Of a stretch of DNA of 64,000 nucleotides, positions 27,261 to 40,591 are shown one piece after another (position 1 is the stretch's first letter; every line of letters begins with the position of its first letter). The translations under genes were made by a program, and so were the position numbers. The DNA comes from Octopus sinensis (taxonomy: Eukaryota), in the NCBI RefSeq assembly GCF_006345805.1, contig NC_043008.1, forward strand, positions 23,188,001 to 23,252,000, given 5' to 3'. The notes beneath the pieces were generated by a model, which did not search any database, was not told the DNA's origin, and saw nothing but the letters and a program-made list of their open reading frames with translations.

Positions 27261-27572
27261 CTACCAGATGACCATCTTTGTAATCCCGAAAAACATTGTT
27301 ACCATTGGTCCAGCTGTCTGGCCATGAAGAGAGAACAGACAAAGAGATAGAGAGATGGACAGACAGACTGACATAATGCCCATTCTAGTAAGATATATAG
27401 TGAATAGAGCTTCATCTCTATATAATCCACCTCCTAATTCAAGAAATTCATTATGTATACAACTAAGAATATAAATACCAACTAAATCGCTTACCTGAAC
27501 TAAATCACTAGACCACATGGTAATGTTGAAATTATCAGGCCTATCAATTGTAGTCCAATACTTCGAATTCAA
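27261..27572 (-). mobile_element. Penelope-like RT fragment
   Basis: NFNITM.S.D..QVSDLVGIYIL and GGLYRDEALF, matching the PLE RT core at 52000-52401. Confidence 0.7.
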
Positions 27573-28797
27573 TAATGATTTTTCTTGCTGCGAGTATATG
27601 TATATATATATATGGATTTGTTTGAATGTGTAGGTGTGTGTGCTCCATTTTCATTTTTTCTCTAGCTTTTTTATATCTTTGTATGTAAATTATAATCAAA
27701 GAAGAGATACATCTATATTCTGACTTATTTTCTGTGTTATGAATACATACATGCATGCGTTCACACACACACACACATTCATGTCCATACACACTTTTAT
27801 TCGTTTGTTTTTATATCCATTTTTCTGTGCTAGCAATCATTAAATATATATTAGTGAGGCACTGTTTTTACAGCCAGATGCCCTTCCTGTTATTAACCTT
27901 TACCTCTTTTTTGAGTGAGGGATTTGTTATGGGATTGAACCTGAAACTATGCAATTGGAATTAAATTCTTACCTGAAACTTCTCTGCTCTTTTTCTCTTG
28001 TATCTTCATCAGCAGCATTTCATTTCATTTCAAGCATGCATGGACTGTTTTTTCAGGTGTCATCTTGCATTTCTCTCTGTGAAATTGTAACACAAATATT
28101 TTTGTGACCATATGTATTAAGTTTTTAAAACATTGATATATTTAGAGATGGGAGGTCTGAAATTGAGTAACACAAAACATATCAATAAACTTCCATCCAC
28201 AACTTAATGCAAAGTACGCTGATTTTTTCAATAAATATACACAAGACATTCTGGTTATAGGTCCAGTCTACTTGTGATATCTAGGGGTTTGTGTTTGAAA
28301 ATCTCACAATGCATTGGGAATGATGTACGCAGTAATTTGTTGATTATTGCTTGTGAGAAATTTGTCATGAGCAATTGATGCAGTTGGTACTATGATGTGA
28401 GCATTCTAGTACTGTGTACAAATCCAGCAATAACACATGTGATGACAAATGGAGATCGAATTCCTCAAATTATAATGTAGTTGTAAATATCAAACATTTT
28501 TTCCTTCTCTGACAATGAGATCACTAGTTTCAAAATTACGATCTTATTATCAATAACTCATCTCAAACATTTAGATATCTACTTTTATGAATGAATTTAA
28601 ATATTGTTTTATGAGTTGCAAGTCATTAGCAAGCATTGATTTGCCCCTCTGGAATAACTGTTATTTAGGTGTCATCATATCTTTGTTACGAGCATGTAAT
28701 CTGAAAATTTGAAACTGAAACATTTTGATTTCAAAGATGGTAAAAAGTATATTAATGTGAATTTTGTTTCTATGAGGTCTAATAACTCTATGGTAAC

Positions 28798-29028
28798 TCT
28801 CTCTCTCTCTTTCTTTCTCTGACTCTGTCTCAGCCTGCCTGCCTGCCTGTCTGTCTGTCTGTCTCTGTCTGTCTGTCTGTCTCTGTCTGTCTGTCTGTCT
28901 CTGTCTGTCTGTCTGTCTCTGTCTGTCTCTGTCTGTCTGTCTGTCTGTTTTTGTCTGTCTGTCTGTCTCTCTCTCTCTTTCGCTCTCTTTGTCTCTATCT
29001 CTCTCTTTCTCTGTCTGTCTCTCTCTTT
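28798..29028. repeat. Compound (TC)n/(TGTC)n microsatellite
   Basis: Seen directly, about 100 bp upstream of the exon D acceptor. Confidence 0.95.
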
Positions 29029-29124
29029 GACTACTTGTATAGATTGTTAAGCTACAAATTATTTATTAATATTTCATATTCTTGTGTAGATTCTTTAACT
29101 CACACATTTCTTTATTTTCTTTAG

Positions 29125-29233
29125 ATTAAAAGATTTTGTCAATAGAGTTGGAACTGAAAGACAACCTGAAGTCAAGGATCTTATAAATATGTTAATCAAT
29201 CCTAAAACAATAGAAGATATTGTCAAAGTACCT
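29125..29233 (+). CDS. IQCH: Internal coding exon of IQCH-like gene, exon D
   Basis: ttttctttAG acceptor and CCT|GTgagt donor, 109 nt, phase 2 start matching exon C. Encodes LKDFVNRVGTERQPEVKDLINMLINPKTIEDIVKVP, similar to the IQCH segment just before the first IQ motif. Confidence 0.8.
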
Positions 29234-29558
29234 GTGAGTTGTATCACTTCATTTTGTTGTCCTTTCATTGCATTCAGTATATTATTTTATTAGTCAATAT
29301 CAATAAAGCTGAATTGCAAATAATTTGTTTCTCTTATTTTGGGATGGGAACGGTTTAAGGGGCAGTAGATGGGGTCGGATTGGCGCCAAAATTTACAGGG
29401 ACATGTAAAAAGAGGTGAGCAGGCGACTGGTCTAGGTTAGAAACCCCTGTCTTAAAAGCTGTGGTTACTAGGGCAACAAAACCCAGACTTTGACAAGTGT
29501 TTGTCGTTTCTTTCTTTCGGATATCACCCTGTCTTCCTCAATCTCTCTCTTTCCTCTC

Positions 29559-29928
29559 TTGTGCAGTGGTGGTGGATGATAATAATTCACCGTTCTAAAT
29601 GACCTGTGGCGGGAATATTTAAACTTTTGCAGCTGTCAATGCTTTCTCTCTATAGATACAGACATACAGTGAGAGAGGTGGTGGGAGAAAGAGTGACAGA
29701 GAGACGAAGCTGTCAAACATCGTTATAGAGAAAATGTGGAGGGAACTCCACATTTTCTCTATAACGATGTTTGACAGCTTCGTCTCTCTGTCACTCTTTC
29801 TCCCACCACCTCTCTCACTGTATGTCTGTATCTATAGAGAGAAAGCATTGACAGCTGCAAAAGTTTAAATATTCCCGCCACAGGTCATTTAGAACGGTGA
29901 ATTATTATCATCCACCACCACTGCACAA
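29559..29928. repeat. Perfect palindrome with 183-bp arms and a 4-nt GGAA loop
   Basis: 29559-29741 is the reverse complement of 29746-29928. No mismatch seen. Confidence 0.97.
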
Positions 29929-32214
29929 TCATAACAGATATTATTAATCAGATATATTGTGTTAATTTATATATATATGTATATAAATAGATATATAATT
30001 AATATACATATATATATGTGTATATATATATAATCTTAATATATATCGTCATCAACCCCTAGACATTAGTGACGGTAATCTATATATATATATATATACA
30101 AGAGGCTTTGGGTTAAAATAGTCAGCACATTTTGCTACGTTAGAGGTTGGCGGCCAGATCGAGCTGAAAATTGACACAGGCATAGAAGGCATGATGAGGC
30201 AGAGAGTTGAGTAGGTTAAAACTCGCCATCTGGGAAGATGCAGTTGCTATGGTGAGAAGAGTGATTTTTCTATATATATATAATCAATATGTATAAAGCT
30301 GAAATGCAAAAAATTTGTTTGTCTTATTTTGTGATGGAAATGGTTTAAGGGCCGGTAGATAGGGTCGGATTGGCACCAAAATTTACAGGGACATGTAAAA
30401 AGAGGCGAGGAAGTGACTGGACGAGGTTAGAAATCCCTATCTCAAAAGCTGTAGTTACTAGGGCAACAAAACCTAGACTTTGACAAGTGTTTGTCATTTC
30501 TCCCTTTCAGATATCACTCTATCTTTCTCGATCTCTCTCTTTCCTCCCTTCCCTCCATCATCTCTATATTATAATTCTGAAATGCAAAAAGTTTGTTTGT
30601 CTGGTTTTTGGCATTGAGAATGGGTTAAGGGCCACTAGATCCTGTCGGATCGACTCTAAAATTTACAGGGACATGTAAAATGAGGCGAGGATGCCAGTGG
30701 GCTAGGTTAGAAATCTTAAAGGTGTCATTGCTAGGGCCAAAAACGCACACTGACAAGTCTCCTCTCATTCTTTTATGTGTCTGTCTTTCTCCATCACTCA
30801 CTCTCTTTCCTCCCTTCCTTTCACATTCTATCTATAACGTCATTTCACAGCGTCTACTTCTCTTCCCTCCACATTCTCTCTATAACATTATACAGAGAAA
30901 GTGAAAGGAAGGGAGAAAGTAATAATGAGTGAATGAGAATAACAACGAAGGGTTTAAAAAGCATAAAAATATTTTCTTTCTCAACATACTCAACATCTTT
31001 TGTTGTTTATAAATGGGAGAGAGATAGATAGAGAAAGATAGAGAGTAAGAGAAAGCGAGGGAAAGTCTACTATCATTCCCCCGCCGCTTTCACCAGCACT
31101 GTCACTCTCTCTCTCTCTATGTCTGTCTGCATTCATAGAGAGAATTATCATCGCCACAACCACCACACAATCATGAGAACAAATATATATTATGAATCAG
31201 ATATTTATTGGGTTAATTTATATATGTGTGTGTGTTCTATATATAAATCATGAGAACAAATATATATTATGAATCAGATATTTATTGGGTTAATTTATAT
31301 ATGTGTGTGTGTTCTATATATAAATATGTATATATAATGTATATATACAAAGTGTATATATCTGTATTTATATATATATATATGTATACAATTTGTATAT
31401 ATTTATATATATAATGCGTATGCACACACACACACACATAGATATATATATAAATAATGCGTATATATGTACTTATATATATATAATGTGTGCATTATGT
31501 AGTCGGTTGAGCTGAAAATATGCACACTTATGTTAAAAGTGCTGGCGAGTTTGCATGTCAACTATTTTTTACCTCAAATGAAAGGCGTAACCTCTAGGAC
31601 AAAATTCCTCATCTTATAAAATGTGGCCCGAGTAGACCCGAATGAAATCGGGTTATATTAACCAGAATGTGAAAAGGGGTCTAAATGGGGCTGGAAGGGG
31701 ATTAAAATTTCAACTTACTCAAGATCTTTTGTTGTTTATAAATGGGAGAGAGATAGATAAAGATAGAGAGTAAGAGAAAGCGAGGGAGAGTCCGAGAGAA
31801 AGGAAGAGTAAGAGAGTGAGAAAGTGAGAGAGAAACAAAGAGGGAGAATGTGGTGATAAAAAACAGAAAGGAAGCAACAGAAAGTAACAACCACACTCTT
31901 ACCCGTCTCATTCTTTTATGTATCTGTCTTCCTCTGTTTCTCTCTCTTTCTTCCCTTCCCTTCACTTTCTCTTTATAACATCGTTTCACAGCATCCTATA
32001 TCTTTCCTCCACCGCCTTCGACAGCGCTCTTTCACATTCTCTCTTTATGTCTGTCTGCATTCATAGAGAGAATTATCATTGCCACCACCACCACACAATC
32101 ATGAGAACAAATATTATGAATCAGATATTTATTGGGTTAAATTATGTGTGTGTGTGTTCTTTATATAAATATGTACATATAATGTATATATACAAAGTGT
32201 ATATATCTGTATAT

Positions 32215-32268
<54 letters not shown>

Positions 32269-33770
32269 ATAATTTGTATATATTATATATATAATGCATA
32301 CACACACGCACACACACACGCACACACATAGACACAGACACACACACACATATATAATGTGTGCATTATGTGGTCGGTTGAGCTGAAAATATGCACATTT
32401 ATGTTAAAAGTGCTGGCAAGTTTGCATGGCAATTATTTTTTACCTCAAATGAAAGGCGTGACCTCTAGGAGAAAATTCCTCATCTTATAAAATGTGGCCC
32501 GAGTAGACCCGAATGAAATCGGGTTATATTAACCAAAATGTGAAAAGAGGTCTAAATGGGGCTGGAAGGGGATTAAAATTTACAGGAGCGGGTGTTTAGG
32601 AATTCTCTGTTACATCAAGCCTTTTATTCGTCAATGTGTTGCCGTCCATGATGAAGAAGTTTTGAATGCTTGCCATGGTGAGTCTACTGTCGTGAGAAAG
32701 AATCACTTCAAAAGTTGGTGTTTAGGAATTTTCTCTTACATCAAGTTCAAAATTTTACGCCAGCCGTTAAACTGCCACTACGTTGCTGTCTGTCGTTAAG
32801 AAATTCCAGCCATGGTGACTCTACTGTCCTCAGACTCTATCCCTTCAAACTTTGGTTTCCAACATTTTTTTTTCCGCTCGCTAGTTCGTCTGTCCCTTTT
32901 AAATGTTAGTGTTTTGCTGTCTTCTTTGAAGCAGACCTTTCCATTGTCACTGCCTGATACTTATGATTGATCTTTCAAACTATTTCCTTTCTCAACTTAC
33001 ACAAGATCTTTTGTTGTTTATAAATGGGAGAGAGATAGATAGAGAAAGATAGAGAGTAAGAGAAAGCGAAGGAGAGTCCGAGAGAAAGGAAGACTAAGAG
33101 AGTGAGAAAGTGAGAGAGAAAGGAGAGAGAAACAAAAAGGGAGAATGTGGTGATAAAAAACAGAATGGAAGCAACAGAAAGTAACAACCACACTCTTACC
33201 TGCGCATAGAGCTGGTCACTTTGAGCTAGTCTCTATATTGTAATTCTGAAATGCGAAAAGTTTGTCTGGTTTTGGCATTGGAACGGGTTAAAGGGCACTA
33301 GATCCCGTCGGATTGACTCCAAAATTTACAGGGACATGTAAAATGAAGTCAGGATGTGAGTGGGCTAGGTTAGAAATCCCTCTCTTAAAAGGTGTGGCTA
33401 CTAGGGCAAAAAACACACACTTTGACAAGTCTCGTCTCATTCTCTTATCTGCATGTCTTCCTCTGTCTCTCTCTGTTTCCTCCCTTCCCATCACTTTCTC
33501 TCTATAAGGACGTTTGACAGATACTACTATCTTTTCCCGCTGCCTTCGCCAGCGCTGTTACTCTTTCCCTCACCACCTCCCCCCCTCTCTCTCTGTACAT
33601 CTGTCTGCATTCATAGAGAGTTTTATTATCGCCGCCACCATCACCACCACCACCACACAATCATGAGAACAAATATTATGAATCAGATATTTATTGGGTT
33701 AATTTATATATATGTGTGTGTGTGTGTGTGTATCTATATACACATATGTATATAATGTGTATATATGTAC

Positions 33771-33802
<32 letters not shown>

Positions 33803-33857
33803 TATATATATAATGATAAATCTCAGAGCGAGTTATAAACAGTAGCGGTAACACATC

Positions 33858-33968
33858 GTGATGCATATTTGCCATTTGAATATGGCTAACCCATAAGGGT
33901 GGGGCTACAAACTACAGTAGCATCCACCCTTATGGGTTAGCCATATTCAAATGGCAAATATGCATCAC
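33858..33968. repeat. Hairpin with 45-bp perfect arms
   Basis: 33858-33902 pairs with 33924-33968. An extra gctac/gtagc stem lies in the spacer. Confidence 0.93.
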
Positions 33969-36900
33969 TATATATATATATATATATATTATGTGTGCAT
34001 TATGTGGTCGGTTAAGCTGAAAATATGCACACCTATGTTAAAAGTGCTGGCGAGTTTGCATGGCAACTATTTTTTCCTCATCTTGGACAAAATTCCTCAT
34101 CTTTTAAAATGTGGCCTGAATGAAATTGGCTTATATTAACCAAACAAGTAAAACAATGAAAAGCTATGCCATTGTAATCCTAAGTAAGGTGGGGTATCTC
34201 TGTAGGTCTACTACATATTTGTGCAAAGAGCAGACATTGTCTCACAAGTAGTTATACAGGTAAAAATGTTAGTAAATATGGTAGGATTTAGTTGAAAATT
34301 TGCACACCTATGTTAAAAGTCCTGGCGAGTTAGCATGGTAACTTCGAGTTTGCTCAATTGAAAGGTGTGGCCACTAGGGCAAAATTCCTCATCTTTAAAG
34401 TGTAGCCTGTGTAGACCCGAATGAAATTGAGTTATAATACCGAAACAAATAAAAGAATGATAAACTTTTTTAATCCCGAGCAAGACCGAGTTTCTCTGCT
34501 ATTTATAAAAGAGGCTTTGGGTCAAAATCGTGTGCACGTTCTGCTACATCAGAGGTTGGGCGCCAGACCAGTGGTCAGATCGAGCTGAAAATTTACACAG
34601 GCATAGAAGGCGTGATGAGTGGAGTAGGTTAAAACTCACCATCTGGAAAGATGCGGTTGCCATGCTGAGAAGATTCAAGGGGGCTCTAAGCCCCTCTAGA
34701 TTGGCGCGATTGGCATCTAAACCTATCTATAAAATGAAGAAGGCGAACGTAGACACAGATTCGATTTTTATGTAAAAAGGGGTTTAAATGGGGCTGTAAG
34801 GGGATCCAAATTTACAGGAGGGGGTAACTTGAGGGGGGAAATTGATTGGGAGATGTTTTGTGGCGCTACAGTGGTTACTTTGATGTGAAAACTGGGATTT
34901 TATTGATTTGGGGGGACACTTGGTGGTCTATATCGGACACCTTTTGCCCAATTTCAATCAAATTAACGCGGAAACCTAATTTTTTTATAAATGGCAGAGA
35001 GACAAATAGAGAAAGATAGAGAGTAAGAGAAAGTGAGGGAAAGTCCAACAGAAAGGAAGAGTAAGAGAGTGGGAAAATGAGAAAGGACAAACAAAGAGAG
35101 AGAATGTGGCGATAAGAAACAGAAAGGAAGCAACAGAAAGTAACAACCACAACCTCACCCGTGCGTAGAGCGGGTCACCTTAAGCTAGTCTATATATATA
35201 AAAGGGGCTTTGGGTCAAAATTGTGTGCACATTTTGCTATGTCAGAGGTTGGCGGCCAAACCAGTAGTCGGATTGAGCTGAAAATTGACACAGGCATAGA
35301 AGGCATGATGAGGCAGAGATTTGCGTAGGTTAAAACTCGCCATCTGGAAAGATGCAGTTGCTATGGTGAGAAGAGTGATTTTTTATCGATTCAAGGGTGC
35401 TCTAAGCCCCTCCGGATTGATGTGATTGACATCTAATGCCAATGGCATGCACTTTGGGCTGTTGTGCTTTATAATCATGCATTTTGTCGCAAAATTCAGG
35501 CTACTAAGCAAAGATTTTTCATTGTGAAAAAACGAGTGCTTTTTGTCCTTATTTTCTTTTAAATTTTTTTCTGATCACATTGTAACCCTTTCCAGGAAAA
35601 AAATTGCATCTTCATATAGCCCTTGAGAAGGGCTATAATGCACATTTTCAGTCGACATGAAATTTTGCTTTTAAGGTCGAAAAAGTTTGAAAATTAAACA
35701 AAAATGTTGAAATTTTCCTGGCACATAGTGCTTCAAATGATGTCATCGCTTTGAGCTGCAACTTTGCTGCAAAAGCATTATCAATCTTTTTCACGGCTGC
35801 ATAAACTTATTAAGCCAAAGTGCTAGCAAGCTCATGCAAGCTGCTGGTGACTGATCTTTTTATAAAAGTGAAAGGATTTTGTCTATTTCTGCTGTCCATT
35901 TACGACAATGATTCAATTGACTAGGAAAACTACTTATATGTGATGAATATCCAATACCAAACTATCTTAATCTACATATTGAAACTGGATTAAACTTTGG
36001 CAAGCTTACCTTTACCTATTCTGAGTTACTTGAAAGGTGATGTCCCCTTCCCTCCCTTCTGTTTGTTGATACCTTTTTTTTAACCTCTGATACCGTTGTT
36101 TCACTTTAAGGATACTTCTTTACCCGTCCATTATGATATTTTGACTGCTGTCCATTGTTTCAAATATGTGTTAGCATTGTCATTCTAGCCTTTTCTAAAC
36201 ACTCATATATGGTTCATCCCAAGGAATCAACCTTTAGATAAGAGTTTTGCTTTCACTAGCGAAAGCTATATGTATCTTTCAGTTTATGTCCACACTATGT
36301 GGGAAGATAGAATGAAGGGGCTTTTGATAGCTTTTCTCTCCAAAAAAAAATAGCTCCCTTTGCTGTTGAAAAAAATAAACTCGCAGAGGAGAAATTTCAA
36401 CATTTTCCTTCAATTTCCTTACACCATTTATGTGGCTGTTTCTGACAAGAAATTTCGCTTTCATGTAAAACAACTATATTTTGTAGTCATTATCTGTAAT
36501 CTACTCCCAAAACACTTCAGTAGCTCTACTTTACATGGCTTGCAAACTTATATGTTCTATGATCATTAAAAGTGCAATGACTTCCACAATAACCAGCCTT
36601 CAACTTGATTTTCTGTTCCTAGGTTAATTGGAAACAGATTGCCATGCTACACATAAACCTTCTCGGTAGTTCAATTATTTGGTGAAAAAAATAACATGAA
36701 AGCAACTTAAACCGTCCAAAGGACAAGTGTGTTTGCTAGTTTCAGATATTTTATTAAACTCAGGAGATGATAAAGTCAGCCACATGTAAATAGGTATAAC
36801 TGGGTCAAACCATTTATATTTCTATATGTGCAAATACATACATATGCTTATGGTGAGCTTCTGCACAGTTTCCATACACTAGATTCAATAGTAAACATAA

Positions 36901-38313
36901 TTATTTAGTTAGAAGTTTGTTTTTCACTTATGTGAGTTTGGGTTCAATCTCTTGGCGTAGTGTATTGGACAGGTGAATTCTACTATAGCCATAGATCTTC
37001 CAAAGTGTGAGTGCAATTTGTAAGATAGAAATAATGTCAGTTTGTCAGAAGGCTCATTCCTGTGTTTAGTGGTGCAAATTTAACCCATCACCTTGGGTAG
37101 TTTTAATAGAATTTGCTCTGTTGTGAGCATTCAAGTTAGGTTTCGTATCTGAGCATAATTTCCTCCCTGTCTTTCACCAATTTTAGAAGTCCTGAAGAAT
37201 ATATTAGGTGCTGCCATTTCTCCTCTGAATAAATCATAGAAAAAAATCCCGAAATTTCAGTTGACCTAAACTAAATGATGCTTGGTAGAAGAAACTTGCT
37301 CATTGTATATAGACATTTATGTATGTGCATGAAATGAACTTCTTAACTGCACAACCATGCCATTATAGGCTAATATTTCCTTTAAGAGAGATGTAGTCTA
37401 CAGAAAATTTTCACTACTGCTATTTTAAGAACCTGTGAAGCAGAGGAGTCATCTAGAATTGACATTCACCTGAACGAACACCAAGTTAGATGGTATTGTG
37501 ATATCTGATGATCCCTTCTGATACTTTAGCAAACTCCTACATTTTCATACAAGTGTATTTATCTTGATCTCATCTTGCCAATATTCATATAGTATCAGAA
37601 AAAGAGGGTCTGAATTGTGTGCAGCTTTTTCTCACTTTTAAAGAAATCCTTGCACAAATGTAACATTTGTGTCTAGTGAGTAAGACTGTTACAAATAATT
37701 GTCAGATTCCTAACTATAGGACAAATAATCTTGCAGTGGTAGTGGGGTGTTCTGTACATTATAACAATGAAATACACCCACTTCTGTAGTTTCAGGTACA
37801 AAGAAAGTATAATATATATGGAGTTGTCATAGTTTTCTGCCTCACCCCACATGACCATGCACTTTGTGTGCATAGACAGTCATAGGCTTCATTGATTGCT
37901 GATGGCTAAATCTTTTTCAAGTCATAAGTGGCAGGTCTTTAATGGTAGCTGTGGTGTTATCACACATTGTGATAATGAAATACCACCACTTCTGTGGCTT
38001 GAGGCATGTAAGGTGTAACATTGGTGAGCAGTTGTGAGTCACTGGTCCCTTGCATGGATGTATCTTCTGTTGAGGTGCTGTATAGCTGAAGTTATTGTCC
38101 TCATTGATTACCAATGGATGAACCTGATAACTTTAGGTCTGTACTTCTGTTTTCTTTTTTATTTCTTTCACTCTCTCTTCTTTTATTTATTTATATTTTT
38201 GGTAGTTGTTAGGATCAAATTTGAGAATGAACTATCATATGTCGTGTGTGTGTGTGTGTATACATATAGTAAGATGAAGGAAACAGAAGATAGATTTGGT
38301 GCTAGTCTTTATT

Positions 38314-39186
38314 CAGTATGATGATCATTTCGACTAATCCTGCAACTCTCCATTATGGGTATGATTTTGTGCATCTAATTGCGTTGCATCAATCTGTGCA
38401 GTTTGTGTCACATCAGATACATGTATAAAGAAGGGAGTGTTGGGCTAGATATGCTGACCTGTCCTAGGAATGTTGTTTGTGCTTGCTGTTTCTTATCTAT
38501 GACCAGCTAACAGTTGTCTGTGGGTATATAATGTAAAAATTAAAGTAATAAAATGTAAGGAATATAACCTAATAAAGAAAGATTAGATTTATAGATTACT
38601 GGGGAGGAGTGTACACTCACAGTCATGAACACACACTCACACAAATGCACAGACACTTCCACACATGCACACACACACACACACACTATAAATTAAAGAT
38701 ACAGAACCATAGAAGGAGAGTAAAACTGTTAAAAAAAAGATTACATTAAGATTAAGAGGCAGGATTCTGTGTTCATTGAGCATAGACACATATATAGGCA
38801 TTTTTTGACAGTTTTACTCTCTTTCTTCTATGATTCCGTGTCTTTAATTTACAGTGTATGTAGGTGTGTGTGTTCATGACTAGGAGTGCACACTCCTCCC
38901 CATTAACCTAAATCTAATCTATCTTTCTTAAGTTGTATTCCCAATATTTTATCACTTTAATGCTTGTGTTATATACTCACGGACAACTGTTAGCTAGTCA
39001 TAAACAAGATACAGCAGGCACAAACAACTTGCCTAGGACAGGTCAGTATATTTAGCAGGACATTCCCTTCTTTATGCATGTACCTGATGTGATGCAAACT
39101 GCACAGATTGATGCAACACAATTAGATGTACAAAATCCTACCCAAAATGGACAGTTGCAAGATTAGTCAAAACAATTGTTGTACTG
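38314..39186. repeat. Diverged inverted repeat (~400-bp arms) next to a PLE fragment
   Basis: 38314-38737 matches the reverse complement of 38800-39186, with many transition differences. Confidence 0.88.
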
Positions 39187-39269
39187 TACCAAAGGTTTTC
39201 TTATTTGTTGTATTGTCATTTAGCATTTCAGTAACTTCTGCTGCATATATGACAGATGTAATCATACAT

Positions 39270-39587
39270 CATTGGTCAACTGGACAGGATCCTAGGTTGA
39301 AACAGTTAGGCTCTTGGTATTGACCTTGTATAATGATATTCTTCATGTTGGGGCAGTGGCTATATAATAATTTCACAGAACATCTATTAAATATTTTCCT
39401 GTATCTGTGAGTTGCTGGAAAGTCTTTGTCTAGGAGGGAGAGGAATCTTTTACCTATTTTAGTTTTTATATAAAGGGAAAAGGAGGGGCAAACCAAATGA
39501 TTTTCCGTGGCCTATTTGTAGATCTATTATTATTCTGATTGATATTAGTGGGGTTATCTATTACTTTATTTTTGATACCACTAGGTA

Positions 39588-39654
<67 letters not shown>

Positions 39655-40250
39655 TAAATTATCTTTGAAGTTATTCTTGGCTAAGGCATTGTTATAGTAG
39701 GGCATTGCTTTCCCAAAATTTTCTTTAGATGAAGAGAGGTTAGACACTCTGTTATCAATATTAGCTATTAGGTTTTTAAATATTACAGGAGGGTAACAAA
39801 ACTGTTTGTGTATACAGGTGAGTTTCTCATTAGGCTAATGGAAAGGCTTATACAAGGACTTCAGGTCTAGGGGAACATCTAAAAAGTCAGCTATAGACAG
39901 ATTAGTAGCTACTGTAATTTTTAAGGCCTAATTGACTGAAGGTAGAAATAAGTTGTTTTCTGAATCTATCAAGAATGTGACCAACACACCTATGGGAAAT
40001 ACCCAAACCATCATGTCATGAGATGGGTACTTAGATCTCAATGTGTTTAATATAAACAAACCCAAAAGGTCAGAGATCTTAGCACTATCATACGATAGTT
40101 AATGGATGAAATAAATGTAGGCTATGTTTAATTGAAAGCACTCAGATCCTTTCCAGATCTATGATCCCTAACTCTTTACTGAACTCTAGATCAGAAATTT
40201 ACATTGGTTCCAAACATATAAATATACTTTGAAGAATTGGAAAATTCCAC
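39270..40250 (-). mobile_element. Penelope-like element fragment (RT and linker)
   Basis: YYNNAL, poly-Asn linker, IIWFAPPF and IGKRFLSLLDKDFP..HRYRKIFNR..VKL.YS..PNMKNII. DFLDV remnant at about 39880. Confidence 0.8.
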
Positions 40251-40470
40251 CTATATCTGATTAATTTGTTGATATCTTTTCAGCTTTATAATTTAAGGTC
40301 TAAGATGGATAACTCTTTTACCTTTTTTTTACTTTTTACTAAAATGTAAAAAGTTTTTACTTTTTTGTTTTCTGTTTTTTATCCTTATCCATTTTCTATA
40401 TGCTGCCTTCTCAGCTTTTTTGTGTTTCTTCCCTGATTCAATTTTTTTAGTTCATTATGATATGTGGTTT

Positions 40471-40525
40471 GTACTTGATGAATATGTTTGAAGTATTTCT
40501 TAATATGTGAAACTATTAGTAGCAC
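40471..40525 (+). ncRNA. Degenerate type I hammerhead ribozyme (same repeat family as 58257)
   Basis: gtac-TTGATGA-atatgt...atatgt-GAAA-ctattag-TA-gcac. The core has C3>T and the stems have mismatches. Confidence 0.6.
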
Positions 40526-40591
40526 TTAAAGACATGTATTGCTCTTCAAATAAATAATAAATAATATATATAATATATAATAATATATATA

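Larger units (their letters stand above)
29290..35440 (+). mobile_element. Tandem/mosaic array of non-autonomous Helitron-like elements
   Basis: Shared modules repeat (aaaatttacagggacatgtaaaa; gagctgaaaat.tgcacac; ggctttgggtcaaaat). Units start TCT(C/A)TATAT. They end with a GC hairpin followed by CTAG, e.g. ACCCGtgcgtagagCGGGT...gCTAG|TCtatat at 35157-35195 and CTAG|TCtctatatt at 33226-33239. No coding capacity. Confidence 0.7.

Noticed and set aside
35450-36800. Possible DNA-transposon relic
   Set aside because: The texture suggests a repeat, but I could not identify TIRs, a TSD or transposase motifs.
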